A stretch of DNA of 34,256 bases, taken from the NCBI GenBank assembly GCA_964388985.1, contig CAYMCJ010000003.1, positions 1,190 through 35,445 of the forward strand, read 5' to 3'. Source of the stretch: an uncultured Gammaproteobacteria bacterium (GTDB lineage Bacteria > Patescibacteriota > Patescibacteriia > Patescibacteriales > CAYMCJ01). The notes beneath the pieces were generated by a model. It saw nothing but the letters and a program-made list of their open reading frames with translations, was not told where the DNA came from and did no database searches. The first letter of the stretch is position 1, and each line of letters starts with the position of its first letter. Both the position numbers and the translations under genes were made by a program. This document shows positions 30,890 to 34,256 of the stretch, piece by piece.

Positions 30890-33010
30890 TTAGTCTAACC
30901 TATGTTGTTTTTTGGAAAAGAGAGCAGTTGCGCGGCCGACTTTAAAATATGTAGTCAAATAAGCGCCTAAATATACCGCCAAAGCGATTAACCAGACATT
31001 TCTCATTCCTATAAGCATGGATAAATATTCCAAAAGTCCTCCCAGCATGGCTCCGATTAAATTCATTCCCAGAGCATAGCCGCTAAAATTTTCTTTTTTA
31101 AATAGTTTGCTGAAACAAACGGCCGCGAAAAATACCGGCAGGCCGATGAAAATTATGGACAACAAAATTCTGGGCAAAAAATTAAATTCTAAAAATAACC
31201 GCAGCGGAAAAAAATAATTAACTAAAATTCCGGCGCCCAAACCCGCCCAAGCCAGCCACAGGGGTAAAATGGCTTTTTTCATTACCAGTAAATTGGCCAA
31301 AAAAATCATAAATAAAACGGAAGAAAAAACAAAGGCATAAGTAACCCAGGTATTTCCGAAGAGAAGGGCTAAACGAACCACGGCCGCCGATTCCGTCAGG
31401 GCGAAACCCAGCCCCAAAAACAAATAATTTAATTTAAGGCCGGCTTTTAATTTTTCTCGCTTTCGCAGGATAAAAAATACGCCCAAAGCCAATAAAAAAA
31501 TAAAAACGGCAATGAAAATATATATTCTCGGCAGCATGGGATGTTCAATATATAAAAATGGCCAGTCATCATCGGCCGGAACAGCGGCTTTATACTCGGT
31601 TTTAATATTTATATCTTCATTAAATTCCGTTATGCCCGTAGCTCCGATAATTATCGTATTAAAAAGATAGGGCGTGTCCATTTTATAAAGCCGCAGCTGA
31701 GGACTAAAGGCGGGACTAACCGTGGAATATATTTTGTCGTAAAGCCATGGTTTAAAAACGGAATAATAAGAGGCCAGCAGGCCTTTGTCGTTCAATAAAT
31801 TTTTAATATCAAAAAAACTTTCTTTTGTGTACACATAATTTTCAAGCCTTAAGTTAGCCTGGCCGGCCAGAAGGGTTTGCGAATCAAGCGTGGCTAAAAT
31901 AATCAAATCGTATTTTTCAGAGCAGTTTCGGATATAATGGCGGGCGTCATCAACGACCGCCCTGACATTCGCTTCCTGATATGGCTGCGATGTATTTAAT
32001 TCCCGCCCTAGTTTTAAAATTACCGGGTCTATTTCCACGGCCGTAATTTTTTGGACATTATTCATCTCGGCAACGACAATATCATTGCCGGTGCCGGCCC
32101 CCAGAATTAAAACACTCTCGGGCGGCTCCCCGTTATGGTACTGGCGGTAAATATCGTAGGGAAAACTAAATTTAGCGGCCAGATCGTTAAATGACTGTTT
32201 AAATTTGGGGTTTTTATTTTTAAAATTTACGGCCAGCTGGTGAAAGCTTGAATTAACCCAAACATTTGTTCCGATTTCGTCAGTTTTGTATTGTATAAAA
32301 TAATAAGGGCTCCAGGTCCAGTTATTCGGAGAGGAGGCAAATAATAAAAATAAACAGCTTATTAATATATTTATCGTTCTGCTCTTACGGCTTTTTAATA
32401 TAAAATAGCTCCAAAGGCCGGTTCCCAGGGGTATCCATACCCAAGGCGGAATCCCCAGATAAGCTGAAAGAAAAAATATAAGAGTTCCCAATAAACTTCC
32501 GGCTATGTCCCAGCTATAAGCGGTCAGCCGGGGAAATTTATCCATGGTTGAAGCCAAATTTTGGCCCAAGGCGACAAAAGGAACGGCCGACAAAATAAAA
32601 ACTATAGCGGCGGCCGCGAATAAAGGCAGCCGGAGCGCTTGCCCGGAAATATTACTGTACTGAAGCCAATAATGGACGGTTTTGGCTTCCTCGTAAATCA
32701 CTATTCCTCTGGCTATAAAAATAAAAACGGCCATTAAAAAAAGACCGACCGGCAATAAAAATAATAACCGGCGGCCCCGGCTTAAAATGCAGCCCAAACC
32801 TAAACCGAAAAAACTAGCCATCAATATAAGATTAGTGAAATACGATATGGAGCGCACTTCCGCCGGAATCTGCCTGATAAAAGTCAGCTCAAGAGTTAAA
32901 ATAAAAAATGAGATGATGGCTATTCTCACGGGCGATGACGCAATTTTGGTTGATAAATTTATTTTATTCAAATGGTTGAGGTTAAATCTTTCTTGCTTTA
33001 AATTTAACAA
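30890..33010 (-). CDS. Polytopic membrane protein with spermidine synthase-like (class I SAM-dependent) domain
   Basis: 706 aa. Multiple TM helices sit on both sides of a Rossmann-type segment: VLILGAGTGNDIVVAE..ITAVEIDPVILKLGRE..VVDDARHYI..YDLIILATLDS. Confidence 0.8.
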   Translation of the reverse strand: MLNLKQERFNLNHLNKINLSTKIASSPVRIAIISFFILTLELTFIRQIPAEVRSISYFTNLILMASFFGLGLGCILSRGRRLLFLLPVGLFLMAVFIFIARGIVIYEEAKTVHYWLQYSNISGQALRLPLFAAAAIVFILSAVPFVALGQNLASTMDKFPRLTAYSWDIAGSLLGTLIFFLSAYLGIPPWVWIPLGTGLWSYFILKSRKSRTINILISCLFLLFASSPNNWTWSPYYFIQYKTDEIGTNVWVNSSFHQLAVNFKNKNPKFKQSFNDLAAKFSFPYDIYRQYHNGEPPESVLILGAGTGNDIVVAEMNNVQKITAVEIDPVILKLGRELNTSQPYQEANVRAVVDDARHYIRNCSEKYDLIILATLDSQTLLAGQANLRLENYVYTKESFFDIKNLLNDKGLLASYYSVFKPWLYDKIYSTVSPAFSPQLRLYKMDTPYLFNTIIIGATGITEFNEDINIKTEYKAAVPADDDWPFLYIEHPMLPRIYIFIAVFIFLLALGVFFILRKREKLKAGLKLNYLFLGLGFALTESAAVVRLALLFGNTWVTYAFVFSSVLFMIFLANLLVMKKAILPLWLAWAGLGAGILVNYFFPLRLFLEFNFLPRILLSIIFIGLPVFFAAVCFSKLFKKENFSGYALGMNLIGAMLGGLLEYLSMLIGMRNVWLIALAVYLGAYLTTYFKVGRATALFSKKQHRLD

Positions 33011-33127
33011 ATTCTATAAGTTTTTACAAACCCGCTGTTAACGGAGCAAGTATCACAACTTTTATAATGTAAAAATAAAAAAACGAATTTAGCCTGATTT
33101 ATGCTATACTATTAAAAACTAAAAAAT

Positions 33128-34174
33128 ATGAAAAAATACCTTTTTTTAATTTGCCTTATCTTAATATTACTCCCGGGCCACGTTAGCAATGGCTCCCATT
33201 ATGCCAGAAATAAAATCGGCTATATTTTATTGCAGGTGGAAGGGCATGGCGAGGCCTGGTATATTTATCCTAAGGACGGTAAAAGTTATTATTTGGGCCG
33301 GCCCAAAGACGCTTTTAATTTAATGCGAAAATTATCTTTAGGCGCCAGGCATGATTTTATCGTTAACACGGAAATTTTTCCCGAGCGTTTAGCCGGTCTG
33401 ATTCTTCTAGACGTAGAAAAAAACGGTGAAGCTTATTATATTTATCCGGCAAATCTGCGTAAATATTACTTGGGCCGTCCGGCTGACGCTTTTCGCGTAA
33501 TGCGCGAGTTGGGTCTGGGTATTACTAACGAAAATTTAGCCAATATTCCGATTGGCGATATTAATGAGCCAAAAATTGTCTTGCCAAAAACTGTCAATAT
33601 CAAACTCAAAGTCCCGTTTACTGCCCAGGCCCCATTCGGTGATTGGAAAAACCAGCGCCAGCAGGACGGCTGCGAAGAAGCAACCTCGCTGATGGCCATA
33701 AAATGGGCGCTTAGTCAGGAGTTAAATAAAGAAGAAGCTTTAAAAAATATTTTAGGGGCCTCTGATTACCTGCTTGAAAAATACAAGGAATATCGGGATA
33801 TAAGTTCGGCTAACACGATTGACTGGATTATAAAAGATTATTTTAATTATCCTAAAGCGGCTTTAAAAATGGATGTTACAGTTAACGATATAATTTATGA
33901 GTTGGAACAGGGCAATTTAATAATTACCCCGATGAACGGGCAAATTATGCATAATCCTTACTATACTTTGCCCGGCCCGGCCCGGCACATGATAGTAATA
34001 ATCGGTTATGATGCGGACAAGGAAGTATTTATCACTAATGATCCGGGTACTCGCAATGGCCAGGACTATAAATACGACGCTAAACTTCTTTTTAACGCTA
34101 TCCGCGACTATCCGACCGGTTATCACGAAATAATTAATAAAATTGAAAAAAATATGATCGTGGTCTGGAAATAA
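33128..34174 (+). CDS. Secreted C39-like (YvpB-type) cysteine peptidase domain protein with duplicated N-terminal module
   Basis: 348 aa with a signal peptide. Two ~45-aa repeats (ILLQVEGHGEAWYIYPKDGKSYYLGRPKDAFNLMRKLSLG / ILLDVEKNGEAYYIYPANLRKYYLGRPADAFRVMRELGLG). Candidate catalytic Cys in VPFTAQAPFGDW..QDGCEEATSLMAI and candidate His in RHMIVIIGYD..ITNDP. Confidence 0.75.
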   Translation: MKKYLFLICLILILLPGHVSNGSHYARNKIGYILLQVEGHGEAWYIYPKDGKSYYLGRPKDAFNLMRKLSLGARHDFIVNTEIFPERLAGLILLDVEKNGEAYYIYPANLRKYYLGRPADAFRVMRELGLGITNENLANIPIGDINEPKIVLPKTVNIKLKVPFTAQAPFGDWKNQRQQDGCEEATSLMAIKWALSQELNKEEALKNILGASDYLLEKYKEYRDISSANTIDWIIKDYFNYPKAALKMDVTVNDIIYELEQGNLIITPMNGQIMHNPYYTLPGPARHMIVIIGYDADKEVFITNDPGTRNGQDYKYDAKLLFNAIRDYPTGYHEIINKIEKNMIVVWK

Positions 34175-34193
34175 AAAATAATAAACATAATAT

Positions 34194-34228
34194 AAAACAA
34201 CTCTCTTCCGGAGAGTTGTTTTATATTA
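34194..34228 (+). terminator. Intrinsic terminator of the C39-like peptidase gene
   Basis: AAAACAACTCTC-ttccg-GAGAGTTGTTTT followed by atatt. Confidence 0.7.
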
Positions 34229-34256
34229 TGGAGTACCTTATGGAGCTATCTTATAA

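Noticed and set aside
30186-30893. Plus-strand ORFs 30186-30650 and 30702-30893
   Set aside because: The first is antisense to rplK and the small ORF. The second is a translation of the GC-rich hairpin island (Arg/Ala/Gly-rich), with no start signals.
30882-33095. 15-nt direct repeat aaacgaatttag(t/c)ct at both ends of the 706-aa gene (30882-30896 and 33081-33095)
   Set aside because: It is short and AT-rich, with one mismatch and no inverted repeats or mobility gene. It could be chance, so it is worth only a statistical check.

Overview
This is an AT-rich, gene-dense 34.3-kb bacterial window, mostly coded on the minus strand. I infer a small-genome Patescibacteria/CPR-like organism from the gene content: a short Rel enzyme, gatC/ligA, ybeY-dgkA, many pilin-like and very large Cys-rich surface proteins, thrombospondin-type Ca-binding repeats, and almost no metabolism. 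Layout: (1) 0.1-3.0 kb holds a GxxExxY nuclease-fold gene, gatC and ligA. (2) 3.0-7.3 kb holds a FimT/PilV/PilW/PilX-like minor-pilin run preceded by a GW-repeat/FN3 surface protein. (3) 7.4-8.2 kb holds dgkA-ybeY. (4) 8.3-20.4 kb holds a five-gene surface module. Its two largest members (886 and 2052 aa) share a VirB2/TrbC-like two-helix pilin hairpin as N-terminal anchor, which is the most unusual system in the window. (5) 20.5-26.4 kb holds rel, membrane proteins, a small CxxC zinc-ribbon gene missing from the ORF track, and an ABC-2 exporter. (6) 26.4-29.8 kb is an accessory patch: a HiPIP-like 4-Cys miniprotein, an AbrB-type regulator, a Y1/HUH transposase-like gene with an in-frame palindrome, an AT-rich orphan gene, and a Pro-rich wHTH protein behind a perfect 38-bp palindrome. 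About 112-bp direct repeats flank its first three genes. (7) 29.9-30.9 kb holds an out-of-context rplK with a small ORF and a GC-rich multi-hairpin island. (8) 30.9-34.2 kb holds a membrane-embedded spermidine-synthase-like protein and a secreted C39-like peptidase. Several intergenic repeat families are present. One is a set of 36-bp heptamer-built inverted repeats that bracket the GxxExxY gene and recur as gene-less doublets. Another is a ~165-nt stem-closed element found upstream of two unrelated genes. I recognised no rRNA, tRNA or CRISPR array. All coordinates, counts and pairings were made by eye and hand count, not by software.
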